Source of the DNA: Bodo saltans
Taxonomy: Eukaryota
DNA: 43,266 bases
Assembly (NCBI GenBank): GCA_001460835.1
Contig: CYKH01000631.1
Coordinates: 1-43,266, forward strand
Direction: 5' to 3'
The notes under the pieces were generated by a model. That model saw only the letters and a list, made by a program, of their open reading frames with translations. It did no database searches and was not told where the DNA came from. Each line of letters begins with the position of its first letter. Position 1 is the stretch's first letter. This document shows positions 20,288 to 30,335 of this stretch, one piece after another. A program made the translations under genes and the position numbers.

Positions 20288-20434
20288 GTGAATGAAGTCT
20301 ACTGAAAAGCCTACATAGAATAGCTCACTCTCATCCTTTTCTTTGAGATCGCTGCAGTGTTGTTTTGGGTTGCTGTCTCTTTCTTATTTCCTTCGTTATT
20401 TTGTTTTTGGGGGCTTCGGTGAAGTGTAACGATC

Positions 20435-21661
20435 ATGCGCCGTCTTCTTTCATCAAGTGGCTTCGCCGCAGTGGCCTGCCGCGCCTACACCCAATATTCC
20501 GACTACAACCTGTGGGATCCCCTTCTGCTCACCGAGCAGCTCACCCCAGAGGAGCGTGAGATCAAGGACACTGTGCACAAGTACTGCCAGGAGTCTCTGA
20601 TGCCTCGTGTCACCCAAGCGTTCCGCACTGAGTCTCGCGACAAGCAGATCTTTCGTGAGCTCGGCCAGTTGGGAGTGATGGGCCCAACGATCCAAGGCTA
20701 TGGATGTGCCGGTGTCTCTAACGTTGCCGCTGGTCTCATTTCCCGCGAAATTGAGGCGGTGGATAGCGCCTACCGCAGCTCCTGGTCCGTCCAGAGCTCC
20801 CTTGTGATGTTCCCGATCAATGAATACGGCACTGAGGCCCAGCGCGAGAAGTTCCTTCCGCGCCTTGCGGCCGGTGAGCTGATTGGCTGCTTCGGCCTCA
20901 CGGAGCCCAACGCCGGATCTGATCCCATGAGCATGACGACAAAGGCGAAGAAGGTGGACGGTGGTTGGATCCTCAACGGCCGCAAGCTGTGGATCACCTC
21001 GGCACCTATTGCCGACGTTGCCGTTGTGTGGGCCAAGGACGAGAAGGGCACCATCCGTGGATTCATCGTGGAGCGTGGCTTTAAGGGCTTCGAGACGCCA
21101 GTGATTGAGGGTAAGGTGTCCCTCCGCGCTAGCTGCACCGGTGGGATTGAACTGGACAACTGCTTCGTCCCTGACGCAAACTACCTTCCCAATGCCGAAG
21201 GCCTCAAGGCCCCCTTTGGCTGCCTCAGCAGTGCCCGCTACGGCATTGCATGGGGTGCGATGGGCGCCGCTGAGTCGTGCTTTAAGATTGCTCGCCAGTA
21301 CACAATGGACCGCAAGCAGTTCGGCAAGCCGCTCGCTGCAAACCAAATTGTCCAAACAAAGCTGGCTGACATGACCACCGACATTACTCTCGCCCTCAAT
21401 GCGTGCCTGACAGCAGGTCGCCTCAAGGACCAGGGTAAGTTGTCTCACCAAGTCATTTCGATGTTGAAGCGTAACAACACTGGCAAGGCAATCCAGATCG
21501 CTCGTACTGCCCGCGATATGTTAGGCGGCAACGGTATCGTCGATGAATACCATGTCATCCGTCACGTCGTCAACCTCGAGTCCGTCATCACCTACGAGGG
21601 CACCTACGACGTCCACGGCCTCATTGTGGGCCGCGCCATCACCGGTATCAGTGCATTCTAA
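20435..21661 (+). CDS. glutaryl-CoA dehydrogenase (acyl-CoA dehydrogenase family), mitochondrial-type N-terminus
   Basis: 408 aa. Matches include '[14 protein letters not shown]', '[14 protein letters not shown]', '[18 protein letters not shown]' and a C-terminal '...ISAF'. The N-terminus '[18 protein letters not shown]' is presequence-like. Confidence 0.85.
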   Translation: MRRLLSSSGFAAVACRAYTQYSDYNLWDPLLLTEQLTPEEREIKDTVHKYCQESLMPRVTQAFRTESRDKQIFRELGQLGVMGPTIQGYGCAGVSNVAAGLISREIEAVDSAYRSSWSVQSSLVMFPINEYGTEAQREKFLPRLAAGELIGCFGLTEPNAGSDPMSMTTKAKKVDGGWILNGRKLWITSAPIADVAVVWAKDEKGTIRGFIVERGFKGFETPVIEGKVSLRASCTGGIELDNCFVPDANYLPNAEGLKAPFGCLSSARYGIAWGAMGAAESCFKIARQYTMDRKQFGKPLAANQIVQTKLADMTTDITLALNACLTAGRLKDQGKLSHQVISMLKRNNTGKAIQIARTARDMLGGNGIVDEYHVIRHVVNLESVITYEGTYDVHGLIVGRAITGISAF

Positions 21662-21842
21662 GGGAGAATGGAGCTTCCATTCCATCACGTTTGTTTTTTC
21701 ATATATCACATCCATTCCTGTAAGTGTTCGTCAAATTTGTCAATGCGAGAACTCATCAGTAATTCGTGTATGCACGATTAGTATTGACTTTGTATTTGTG
21801 GTATATGTTTCTCCTTTCCTTGTTTTTCAGTTTTGATTCATC

Positions 21843-23231
21843 ATGACTTCTGTGGGAGGTCATGTTGCACCCAGCAGCACCGTCGTGGAAGCTGCAACAG
21901 ATCTAGGAGCGCAACATGGACTTGTGAGCAGTGCGTGGAGTCATTTGAAATCGAACCCCTACTTCTCGGCTGGTGCCGGTCTGTACACACTGACCATCGC
22001 CGCGGTGGTTGGTCGCTACGCGTTCAAAATGTTCACCTCCAATGCTCGTCGTAAGTTTGTCGTGTCAATGGAGACGACGAATCGGGACCCGTCGTACGAT
22101 TGGCTGATGCAATGGCTCTCCCGTCACCCCACATTCAGTTTCCAGCAAATCAGCGTCATGACGACCAACGTGATGATTCATGCCAACGAAGAGACCACCA
22201 GTCACTGCACGTTTGCCCCATGCCCAAACATTCCGCATTGGTTCTTACACCGAGGTTGGCCAATGGTGGTCTATCGCAAGAGACAAGTTGAACGCGCAGC
22301 CGGCAGTGATGTGCTCGAGACGATCGAAATGTACACCATGGGGCTGAGCTCGCATGTCATGAAGGATATTGTGGCCGAGGCGAAGATGCAGGCGGTCACG
22401 CGCGATAGCGACAAGACTGTCATTTACCAAAATGCCGGTGGTCGCTGGACACGAGTGCAAGAGCCTCGATCTCGAAGGCCATTGTCCTCTGTGATCTTAG
22501 ACAAAAACTCCCGTGAAGAGATTTTGGAAGATGTACGATTGTTCCTCCAATCTCGAGGCTACTATCAAGAGCTGGGTGTTCCCTACCGTCGTGGGTTCCT
22601 GCTCCATGGCCCCCCTGGCTGCGGTAAGAGCAGCTTGGTGATGGCACTTGCAGGAGAGCTACGTTTGGCGATTTGTCTGCTCAGCCTCAGCAACCGAGCT
22701 CTGGACGACGAGTCTTTGATGTCGCTCCTTAACACCGCGCCGATGAGGTCCATTGTGCTCATGGAAGATATCGATCGCGCCTTCTCTCACGACAGCCGTG
22801 TCACAATGAGTGGCATTCTCAACGCACTCGATGGCGTTGGTGCCCAGGAGGGCCGTATTGTTTTTATGACGACCAACCACGTGGAGCGACTGGACGCCGC
22901 GCTGATTCGACCAGGACGTGCAGATGTGAAGGTGGAGATCGGCTACGTGTCTCACACCCAGGCTTCGCAGCTGTTCGCTAAGTTTTATCCATCTAGCTCT
23001 CATCGCGTGAGGGAAGCGTTCGCAGATGCGCTGCCTGAGTTCCGTTTATCTGTGGCGCAGATCCAAAGTCATTTATTCCTTCACAGAAATAGCGCGGAGG
23101 AGGCGGTGCGGACAATGCCGGCATTTGTGCGACAGTGCGACGCCTTCGAAGAGCAACTGGACAAGGCACGGGAGAAGGAGCGTAAATTAGCGAAGCTGAA
23201 GGCTCCCCCGCTGTTGCCGTTCCAGCAATAA
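21843..23231 (+). CDS. mitochondrial chaperone BCS1-like AAA+ ATPase
   Basis: N-terminal TM and BCS1_N-like region. 'YRRGFLLHGPPGCGKSS', 'IVLMEDIDRAF', 'LNALDGVGAQEGRIVFMTTNHVERLDAALIRPGRADVKVEIGY'. Confidence 0.8.
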   Translation: MTSVGGHVAPSSTVVEAATDLGAQHGLVSSAWSHLKSNPYFSAGAGLYTLTIAAVVGRYAFKMFTSNARRKFVVSMETTNRDPSYDWLMQWLSRHPTFSFQQISVMTTNVMIHANEETTSHCTFAPCPNIPHWFLHRGWPMVVYRKRQVERAAGSDVLETIEMYTMGLSSHVMKDIVAEAKMQAVTRDSDKTVIYQNAGGRWTRVQEPRSRRPLSSVILDKNSREEILEDVRLFLQSRGYYQELGVPYRRGFLLHGPPGCGKSSLVMALAGELRLAICLLSLSNRALDDESLMSLLNTAPMRSIVLMEDIDRAFSHDSRVTMSGILNALDGVGAQEGRIVFMTTNHVERLDAALIRPGRADVKVEIGYVSHTQASQLFAKFYPSSSHRVREAFADALPEFRLSVAQIQSHLFLHRNSAEEAVRTMPAFVRQCDAFEEQLDKAREKERKLAKLKAPPLLPFQQ

Positions 23232-23436
23232 AGGCGAACTACTTGATTGCTTGTATTGGTGTGTGGGTCTGCTGGGGCCCCACCCTTCGTTCATGTTTGA
23301 AAGAACACTTCACATCACAAATTCTTCATTCATTTCAACTTAACTACATTTCTTGTCTGCTAATGATCGTCACCACAGTGACTGCTGGTCATTACTATTT
23401 CTTATGCGTTGCTCTGTTGGTACAGTACATTTATAA

Positions 23437-24840
23437 ATGCCAGCGAATGGCTGGTTGTTCATCGACAATGGCGGGTACTCGTTAAAAGCGATGTTTTTGG
23501 CGAGCGACGCACCAGCGGCGACCAAACCAGCGTATGTTGTTGTGCCCAACGCTGTCGGTGCATCTGCTTCCATTGGCAGGGGCATCGTAGGGACGACGCT
23601 CTCGACGCTAAACCAGTATCACTCGCTGCTGCTCCGGCGACCACTCGATCAAGGACTGCTGGTGGATGGGGAGCTGCAATCTTTCATCTGGGATAGTGTT
23701 CTGCAGCACTTCACCATTGTCGATGAGCAGTCGATCGACTTGTTGTTTACTCTCCCAATCGGAACCCCTGAGGCCGTGTCGGAGCAGTGGGTGAGCGCGC
23801 TGATGCTCGGCTTCCGATTTCGCAGCGTCACCATCGTCAGCAGCAGTTTCCTTGCGCTGGTTGGCGCTGAGGTGTTGCACGGCACCCCAACCACGGGCAC
23901 CGGTATTGTTGTAGACTGCGGCTTTTCCGGGTGCACCATCACACCATACGTGGCGTATCGCCCCATGCGCTCGTCCATTGGCAGGACGTTGGTCGGTGGT
24001 AAGTTGTTGACCAACTGCTTGAAAGAAACGTTGAGTTTCTCCCAAATGAATCTTCTGGAGGACACATGGATCGTCAACTGCATCAAGGAGTCCTGCTGCA
24101 GAGTTGCTGAGGAGGGAGGGCCGCTCTCATTGCAGCGGATGCTGAAGGCCGCAAGCAGAAAACGAGCCCGTGACGATGCCGATGACGTTGCGTCACCAAC
24201 AGCCGCCGTTGGGGGACCTCTTGTCTATGCCCTGCCCACTGTCCCAGCAGCGATGCCTGCTGGATGCATCGCACAACCGCAGCAGCTCAAAGGTTGTTTC
24301 CGTGACGCGCAAACAGTGAAAGTGGCGCATGAAAGCTTCATCATCCCAGAAGTGCTGTTTTCACCGTGTGATGTTGGCCTCGATTCTAGCCTTGGGGTGG
24401 TAGAGGTCTATCAGCACGTGGTGTGCAGTGAGAGGACGTTGCTTGCCCAACTTTCACTTGTGTCACCGTCCGTGTGCAGGAACACGGTTGTGTTTGGTGG
24501 CACGTCGAACCTTCCTGGCTTCGTGTCGCGCTTTCAAAAGGACGTGACCGCTGATAGCTGCCAAAGTCTCATTGCGGGAGCACCAGTCGTCCGCTCCACT
24601 GCTGTGGAAGGTGACGTGCCTTCCATCAGTAGTGTTTTGGGTGCTGCGTCATCACGGTCGATCAAACATCGCACGCAGGAACTGTTGCCTCTCGTCGGGA
24701 TCAAAGCGCTCATGACGGCAACAAGTGGACATCTGGCTGGGCTCCGCTCTGACATGCAGCAGCGCGGCGGTGTTGTGGTGAAGGGGACCCCCAAACAAGC
24801 CTTAGAATCGTTTCAAAAGGCTGTGTCAAGACTGCTGTGA
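23437..24840 (+). CDS. actin-related protein (divergent ARP)
   Basis: Actin-fold landmarks: 'LFIDNGGYSLKAMF' (phosphate-1), 'GIVVDCGFSGCTITPYVAY' (phosphate-2), 'VVFGGTSNLPGFVSRFQKDV' (adenosine motif). 467 aa with insertions. Confidence 0.6.
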   Translation: MPANGWLFIDNGGYSLKAMFLASDAPAATKPAYVVVPNAVGASASIGRGIVGTTLSTLNQYHSLLLRRPLDQGLLVDGELQSFIWDSVLQHFTIVDEQSIDLLFTLPIGTPEAVSEQWVSALMLGFRFRSVTIVSSSFLALVGAEVLHGTPTTGTGIVVDCGFSGCTITPYVAYRPMRSSIGRTLVGGKLLTNCLKETLSFSQMNLLEDTWIVNCIKESCCRVAEEGGPLSLQRMLKAASRKRARDDADDVASPTAAVGGPLVYALPTVPAAMPAGCIAQPQQLKGCFRDAQTVKVAHESFIIPEVLFSPCDVGLDSSLGVVEVYQHVVCSERTLLAQLSLVSPSVCRNTVVFGGTSNLPGFVSRFQKDVTADSCQSLIAGAPVVRSTAVEGDVPSISSVLGAASSRSIKHRTQELLPLVGIKALMTATSGHLAGLRSDMQQRGGVVVKGTPKQALESFQKAVSRLL

Positions 24841-24962
24841 TGTTTATTTTTTCTCGATTTCGAATCATGTTGTTGCCTCTTTTGTACCAGACTTTCATCG
24901 CTTAATTCGAATGAATCTCATCATGTTTTCATTGACACTACGTCAGAGAGCTATTATCGATC

Positions 24963-26381
24963 ATGGCTAATCGCCTCGCCAATATTTTGGACCACATCGC
25001 CGCCAACAGCCGCGATAGCGACGAGATGAAGCACTTGAAGCAACGCATTGCCCTTGAATCGCTTCGTGCCCAGTTCCATCTCAGTGAAGATCGACTGAAG
25101 GAGATGGTGTACTTTATGATCCACGAGATGCACCAAGGCCTCGCGGGTCGGCCGAGCACCTTGCGCATGCTGCCAAGCTACGTGTACCGCAAGAATATCA
25201 GCCAGGCTGAAGGCGTCTACTACGCGCTGGATCTTGGCGGCACGAACTTCCGCGTGATCCGCATGCTGATTCGCCAAGGCAAGCTCATTAGCGTCGCGCA
25301 GTCCGCGTTCGTGGTCCCAAAGGAGCACATGGAGGGAACCCACACCGGACTCTTCAGCTTCATCGCTGGATGTGTTCTCCAGTTTATTCAAGAAAAGGGC
25401 CAGGAGGATATGAAGGGCGGCGCCCAGCGCACTATTCCACTTGGATTCACCTTCAGCTTCCCTGTGAATCAAGCAAGCGTCAATGAAGGCTCGTTGATCA
25501 AGTGGACGAAGGGCTTTAAGACAACTGGCGTTGAGGGCAACGATGTTGTGCAGCTCTTGCAAGCAGCCCTCGATAAGGTCAACGTCGACGTGCGCATCGT
25601 GGCACTGTGCAACGACACCGTTGGCACGCTTGTCGCTCGCTACTTCTCCGATGAGCACACCCAGATGGGCGTCATCCTTGGCACCGGTGCCAACGCCTGT
25701 TACTGGGAGCGCTCCTCAGCGGTCACCAAGGACGGAAAGGTCGCCAAGGAGGGCGCGAAGGAGACAGTGATCAACATGGAGTTCGGTAATTTCGATTCGA
25801 CGCACATGCTTTGCCTCCCGGCAACACCCTTCGACGATGCGATCGACAAGGCTAGCATCAACCCGGGGGCACAACGCTTTGAGAAAATGATCAGCGGTAT
25901 GTACTTGGGTGAAATTGCTCGCCAGGTGCTTGTCTCGCTCAGCAAGAACGGGCTTCTCCCTGAGTCCGTCGCGAATGGCCTGAACAAGCCGTACAAATTC
26001 GAGTCTCGCTTCAGCGGTCAAATCAGCGCTGACCACCTCCCAGGCCTCTTCGCTACAAAGAGCATCCTGCAGTCCAACTTTGGCGTGACCATCGATAAGA
26101 CTGAGGACCTGTTCCTCATCCGCAACGTATGTGTCCTGGTGCGGAATCGCGCCGCACAGCTTGCAGGCATGGCGATCTCCTCAACGCTGCTCAAGTCTGA
26201 GACCACTGGCAATGCCACCGTTGCAGTGGACGGCAGCGTGTACGAGAAGACGCCATCGTTCCGTGCGGTGATGCAGAAGACCATCCGCACGATCCTCGGA
26301 GATGAGTCTGACGTTCGTCTTGTTCTACAACGCGAAGGAAGCGGCCACGGCGCGGGCTTCATTGCTGCGCTTTCCGCCTAA
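24963..26381 (+). CDS. hexokinase with N-terminal PTS2-like glycosomal targeting motif
   Basis: 'LDLGGTNFRV', 'LGFTFSFP', 'GTGANACY' and 'GSGHGAGFIAAL' are hexokinase signatures. 'RLANILDHI' fits PTS2 R-L-x5-H-I. Confidence 0.9.
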   Translation: MANRLANILDHIAANSRDSDEMKHLKQRIALESLRAQFHLSEDRLKEMVYFMIHEMHQGLAGRPSTLRMLPSYVYRKNISQAEGVYYALDLGGTNFRVIRMLIRQGKLISVAQSAFVVPKEHMEGTHTGLFSFIAGCVLQFIQEKGQEDMKGGAQRTIPLGFTFSFPVNQASVNEGSLIKWTKGFKTTGVEGNDVVQLLQAALDKVNVDVRIVALCNDTVGTLVARYFSDEHTQMGVILGTGANACYWERSSAVTKDGKVAKEGAKETVINMEFGNFDSTHMLCLPATPFDDAIDKASINPGAQRFEKMISGMYLGEIARQVLVSLSKNGLLPESVANGLNKPYKFESRFSGQISADHLPGLFATKSILQSNFGVTIDKTEDLFLIRNVCVLVRNRAAQLAGMAISSTLLKSETTGNATVAVDGSVYEKTPSFRAVMQKTIRTILGDESDVRLVLQREGSGHGAGFIAALSA

Positions 26382-26539
26382 TGAAAGATTTATCGTGTGA
26401 GGGTCGCGCAGCAGTAGCTACCATCCAACCAGCGTTGTCGCAATACTAACTTTACTCGAGATCTTTTAATTTGTGTTGCCATCGATAATCTGCGTTGCAT
26501 CGATGATTTGCAAATGAGTGGATGATAACTGCTTTGTTT

Positions 26540-26564
26540 GTTGTTGTTGTTGTTGTTGTTGTTG
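26540..26564. repeat. (GTT)8 microsatellite in the 5' region of the PPR gene
   Basis: Direct reading 'gttgttgttgttgttgttgttgttg'. It would encode poly-Cys only if the non-ATG upstream start were used. Confidence 0.8.
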
Positions 26565-26571
26565 CCAAGCA

Positions 26572-28269
26572 ATGTTCCGCAGCGTTGCTGTGTGGCGTAA
26601 CGTCGCTGCTCTCAATCGACCGTTGCACCAACTACTTCAGCTGGCAACCACAGGAGACTTTACCAAAGCCGCTGCGTTTGCGGACAGAGAAGTGTATTCG
26701 AAGCTGAACGATGGAATGAGCCTTGCTGCGGTGTCGCAAGAACCTTCCGAAGCACGGGATCTTGCAGCGACGCTCATGAAGACGTACGCTGGTGTGGGGA
26801 ACCTTGCAAAGCTGCGATCTACATTCCTAATTGGCGTTCAGTACATGAGAGATAACGACTGCCTGAACGCGACTCTTTTTGACACGTACCTCGCTATCAC
26901 AGGACGCCGAACAAAGTTTTCCATCGAGGAGGTGCAGTATGTACTGAAGCTGATGGAGGAGCTGAACATCGCCAAGACGAGTCATACGTATCTGTATTTG
27001 ATAGAACTGCACCTCAGAATGGACCGCGACCCCTCAGCCTTGTGGTACGAGCTCCTCGAGAGCACTTCTGGGAGTGAGCCCCCCATCACTGCAGCGATTG
27101 TGAAGTCGCTCTTTCTACATGTGCTCCCCACTACCAAAGATCCAAGAATAGGACTTGGCGTGATGAGAGAGTTGCTTGCGCTGGACCATCTTGATCGGCC
27201 CTCTTTTGCTGCAGTTGTGACGCAGTGGATGGGCAACCGGGAAGTTGCACCGGAACACAGCCTGTGGCTCCTGTTCGAGTTTGAACAGCGTTGCATTCTT
27301 GAGAAGCAAACAGTGAGCGCCCATATTCAGAAGCAGCACGTTGCACAGCTGATGTTGCAGTGCGCCAAGTGTGCTGACGCTCTGTCCGCCGATAAGCTTC
27401 TTAGTTTTATGGATCGCCACATGCTCGTCAAGAGCGCTGATATCATGAGCCTTGTGGTGTGGTGCTACGCACAAGCAGAGTCGGTGGAGGCTGCACTTGA
27501 CGTGGTGGAGATCATGAGCAGGAGGGGGTACTTAGACGGGGCAGACATCTTTAAGCCCTTCACCGTGGAAGTCATTCACTACACAATGGAGCGGCATGTG
27601 CTGCTTCTGCTGGCAGATTCTTTGCACAGTGTCGCCCTTGTAGAAAGGGCCGTTGCCCACTTGCACAAACGGCGCGAGGCGGGAAAGATCGTCACCATTC
27701 CTACGCTGGACGTTGTGACCTTAGCGTGGAGCAAACTGGGGCACGAGGATCGTGCCGTTGCTTTTGTCGACGAGTACATGCCAACGTTTGGCGCCTCTCC
27801 GAGGACTCATACATACAATTGTTTGATGCTTGCGTCCATCGGCACCAGGAAGAGTTCTCTGCATCGTCAAATATTTGACCGCATGGTCACTACGGGAGTT
27901 GCTCCCAACTCTCACACATTCCGACTTGTGATTCGTCAAGCGATCAACTGCAACGACATCGACGAGGCGGTGCGGTACTTGGAGTCGGTGTCTTCCTTCC
28001 AAGGACTGCGAATTGAGATCGAAATGATTTTGATGGTCATGGAACGTGCGGCACGCGCTGGCGATGTACGCACCGTCAATCGCATCTCTAAATTTTCTCT
28101 TGATTGCGATTTGGGCATCGACTCAGTCGTCATCAAGAATGTGAAGGAGGCACTGAAGGAGCACGGCTGCGAGGTGGCCACGTTGGAATCACACGCGCCA
28201 CTCCACGAAGCCCTTAGATCCCGATCGAAAGCAGCAAGACGCCGAACAAAGTATGATGTCGGCTTGTAA
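26572..28269 (+). CDS. pentatricopeptide-repeat (PPR)-like mitochondrial protein
   Basis: Track ORF starts at GTG 26518. First ATG is at 26572, giving 'MFRSVAVWRNVAALNRPL', which is presequence-like. 35-aa helical repeats such as 'TYNCLMLASIGTRKSSLHRQIFDRMVTTGVAPNSHTFRLVIRQA'. Confidence 0.45.
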   Translation: MFRSVAVWRNVAALNRPLHQLLQLATTGDFTKAAAFADREVYSKLNDGMSLAAVSQEPSEARDLAATLMKTYAGVGNLAKLRSTFLIGVQYMRDNDCLNATLFDTYLAITGRRTKFSIEEVQYVLKLMEELNIAKTSHTYLYLIELHLRMDRDPSALWYELLESTSGSEPPITAAIVKSLFLHVLPTTKDPRIGLGVMRELLALDHLDRPSFAAVVTQWMGNREVAPEHSLWLLFEFEQRCILEKQTVSAHIQKQHVAQLMLQCAKCADALSADKLLSFMDRHMLVKSADIMSLVVWCYAQAESVEAALDVVEIMSRRGYLDGADIFKPFTVEVIHYTMERHVLLLLADSLHSVALVERAVAHLHKRREAGKIVTIPTLDVVTLAWSKLGHEDRAVAFVDEYMPTFGASPRTHTYNCLMLASIGTRKSSLHRQIFDRMVTTGVAPNSHTFRLVIRQAINCNDIDEAVRYLESVSSFQGLRIEIEMILMVMERAARAGDVRTVNRISKFSLDCDLGIDSVVIKNVKEALKEHGCEVATLESHAPLHEALRSRSKAARRRTKYDVGL

Positions 28270-28327
28270 CACAAACGCACACAATGTTTGATGGCCGCAT
28301 AAAATGACGCAATTGTCTGGAAAAAAA

Positions 28328-28356
28328 CCCTCTTTCTTTTTTTCTTCCTTTTTCTG
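28328..28356 (+). promoter_or_regulatory. polypyrimidine tract upstream of ATG 28365 (candidate trans-splice acceptor signal)
   Basis: 'ccctctttctttttttcttcctttttctg' lies immediately 5' of the ORF. Kinetoplastid-type processing signal by analogy. Confidence 0.4.
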
Positions 28357-28364
28357 AAGGTAAG

Positions 28365-30335
28365 ATGAAGTCTATCTTCTCAGTCCTTGCGATTTTCGCG
28401 TGCGCTGCAGCAGTCGCAGCCGCGAGTGAGGTTGACCCCTGCGCTCAGTACGCCTCCTGCGAAGTGTGCGTCTCCCACAACCTGTGTGGTTGGTGCAGCG
28501 AGCCCGTTGTCTACCCCGACAACCGCACCGGTACTCAATGCGCCGGTTTCAATTCCAACGGATCCAACCCGTTTGCGTGCAACGGTATCTACAGCACTGA
28601 CCAGTGCGTTGCCGGCTACACCTGCGACCTCGACACATTCCAGTGCACCCTCGCCTCCCCTGGCGCCGGTATCCCCCAAGCCGCCTGTGAGGCCAACTGC
28701 ACCGATGACGGTCAAGTGTACTTGTGCAACATGACCTCCCACACCTGCCACCAGGTCCCTCCGAACTCCCCCAACAACGGTAGCTACGCCATCTGCATGT
28801 CCGACTGCATCCACCCGTCCAGCCACCCCTCGTCCTCGTCCCCGTCCCCTGCGGCAGAGACGTACATCTGCAACACCACCAGCGGACAGTGCCAGCAGAC
28901 CACCGTCGGCCACGGCTCCTCCCTGCAGGTCTGCAACCAGTCATGCAGCAAGAGCGATGGTGAGCAGTACATGTGCAACTCCTTCCTGCAGCAATGCATC
29001 AAGCTCCCCCCTGGCATCAAGGGTGAGACCTACGCTCAGTGCGAGGCAGTGTGCAACCCCAAGCCCAACCCCGGCCCCCCATCCGCCTTCGTCGGCATGT
29101 GGCGCGGTATCGCTATCCAGAACAACTACAAGGTTGGTGAGTGGGACATGAACTTCACCGAGACGTCAGCCGTCATCATCGACATCGCCCAGGCTCAGAC
29201 CATCAAGGGTATTCCGTCCAACCAGCAGACTGCCAGCGGCGCCATCTTCAACATCAACATCACCTCCGGCCCTGGTGCTGGTCAGGTGTGGCGTGGTATT
29301 GGCGAGACCGCCAACCGTGGCCCCGAGACCTTCTACCTCACCGCCGCCTTCGGTGGATTTGGTCAACCCGCTCCCGGCAGCATCGACGCCGCCATGAAGG
29401 ACGGCAGCAGCACTGTGTTCTTCCTGAGCAAGTGTGCTGGTACTCCTGAGTGCGTCTTCACGATGCCCGCTACTTCCCAGAAGCGTGTCTTCGAGCGCCA
29501 AACGGTCCGCACCTCCGTCTCCACCGACCCATGCTCCCAATGGAGTGCTAACTGCACTGAGTGCCTCGCCCACGCCCTGTGCGGCTGGTGCTCCACCAAT
29601 GTCATCTACAAGGACGGCCAGACCGGCACCCAGTGCGCTGGTTTCAGCTCCAACGCCAACGAGAGCAATGCCTTCGTTTGCAACGGTCGCTACTCAACCT
29701 TTGACTGCACCGTCGGCTATGACTGCGATCAGTCCACTGACCAGTGCGTCCCTGACCCCAACCCCGGAAACGGCCTGCCCCTCGCTGAGTGCACTCAGCT
29801 GTGCCGCCCCACTCCCCCACCCACTCCCCCGATTGCGCAGTACATCTGCAACATCACCACCAAGCAATGCTACAAGTGCAACGAGACTTTCTGCCCCGGC
29901 TCCATGCCTGAGGCCACCTGCGCTGCTGCCTGCGTCAAGCCCAAGCCTGGCCCCACTGGCCTCGTCGTTGGCTCATGGCGTGGCCTCCAGATTCAGAACT
30001 CCTATCCGCTGGGCGAGTGGGAGTGGCTCTTCAACGCCAGCGCTCTCACCGTCTACAAGGAGAACGTTGAGCAGTGGTCCGCAACCATCATCAGCTATGG
30101 CGGTAACGTCATGCAGTTCAACGTCGTCAGCGGCAGCGGCTCCGGCAGCACCTTCTCTGGTATCTACTCCATCCAGAACCAAGGCGGCCCCCTCTACTCC
30201 ATCATGACCCTTGCCGTCGGTGGCAACAACGGTGCTGTCCCCCAATCCTTCTCCCCGCCCATGGAGACCACCGGGGAGTATGAGCTCGTCCTCGCCAAGT
30301 GCGCTGGCTCTCCCTGCTCCTTCGTCAATCCCTAA
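28365..30335 (+). CDS. secreted, heavily N-glycosylated cysteine-rich protein with two tandem PSI-domain-containing repeats
   Basis: Signal peptide 'MKSIFSVLAIFACAAAVAAAS'. PSI-like 'DPCAQYASCEVCVSHNLCGWCS' occurs at aa ~24 and again at aa ~398 ('DPCSQWSANCTECLAHALCGWCS'). Repeated 'YxCNxTxxxCxQ' modules and more than 14 NxS/T sites. No C-terminal hydrophobic tail. Very strong C/G third-position codon bias. Confidence 0.6.
   Translation: MKSIFSVLAIFACAAAVAAASEVDPCAQYASCEVCVSHNLCGWCSEPVVYPDNRTGTQCAGFNSNGSNPFACNGIYSTDQCVAGYTCDLDTFQCTLASPGAGIPQAACEANCTDDGQVYLCNMTSHTCHQVPPNSPNNGSYAICMSDCIHPSSHPSSSSPSPAAETYICNTTSGQCQQTTVGHGSSLQVCNQSCSKSDGEQYMCNSFLQQCIKLPPGIKGETYAQCEAVCNPKPNPGPPSAFVGMWRGIAIQNNYKVGEWDMNFTETSAVIIDIAQAQTIKGIPSNQQTASGAIFNINITSGPGAGQVWRGIGETANRGPETFYLTAAFGGFGQPAPGSIDAAMKDGSSTVFFLSKCAGTPECVFTMPATSQKRVFERQTVRTSVSTDPCSQWSANCTECLAHALCGWCSTNVIYKDGQTGTQCAGFSSNANESNAFVCNGRYSTFDCTVGYDCDQSTDQCVPDPNPGNGLPLAECTQLCRPTPPPTPPIAQYICNITTKQCYKCNETFCPGSMPEATCAAACVKPKPGPTGLVVGSWRGLQIQNSYPLGEWEWLFNASALTVYKENVEQWSATIISYGGNVMQFNVVSGSGSGSTFSGIYSIQNQGGPLYSIMTLAVGGNNGAVPQSFSPPMETTGEYELVLAKCAGSPCSFVNP

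Noticed and set aside
26518-26571. Poly-Cys N-terminus ('CCCCCCCCC') of the track ORF for the PPR gene
   Set aside because: That ORF starts at GTG, and the poly-Cys is simply the (GTT)n microsatellite read in frame. The first ATG (26572) gives a normal presequence-like N-terminus.
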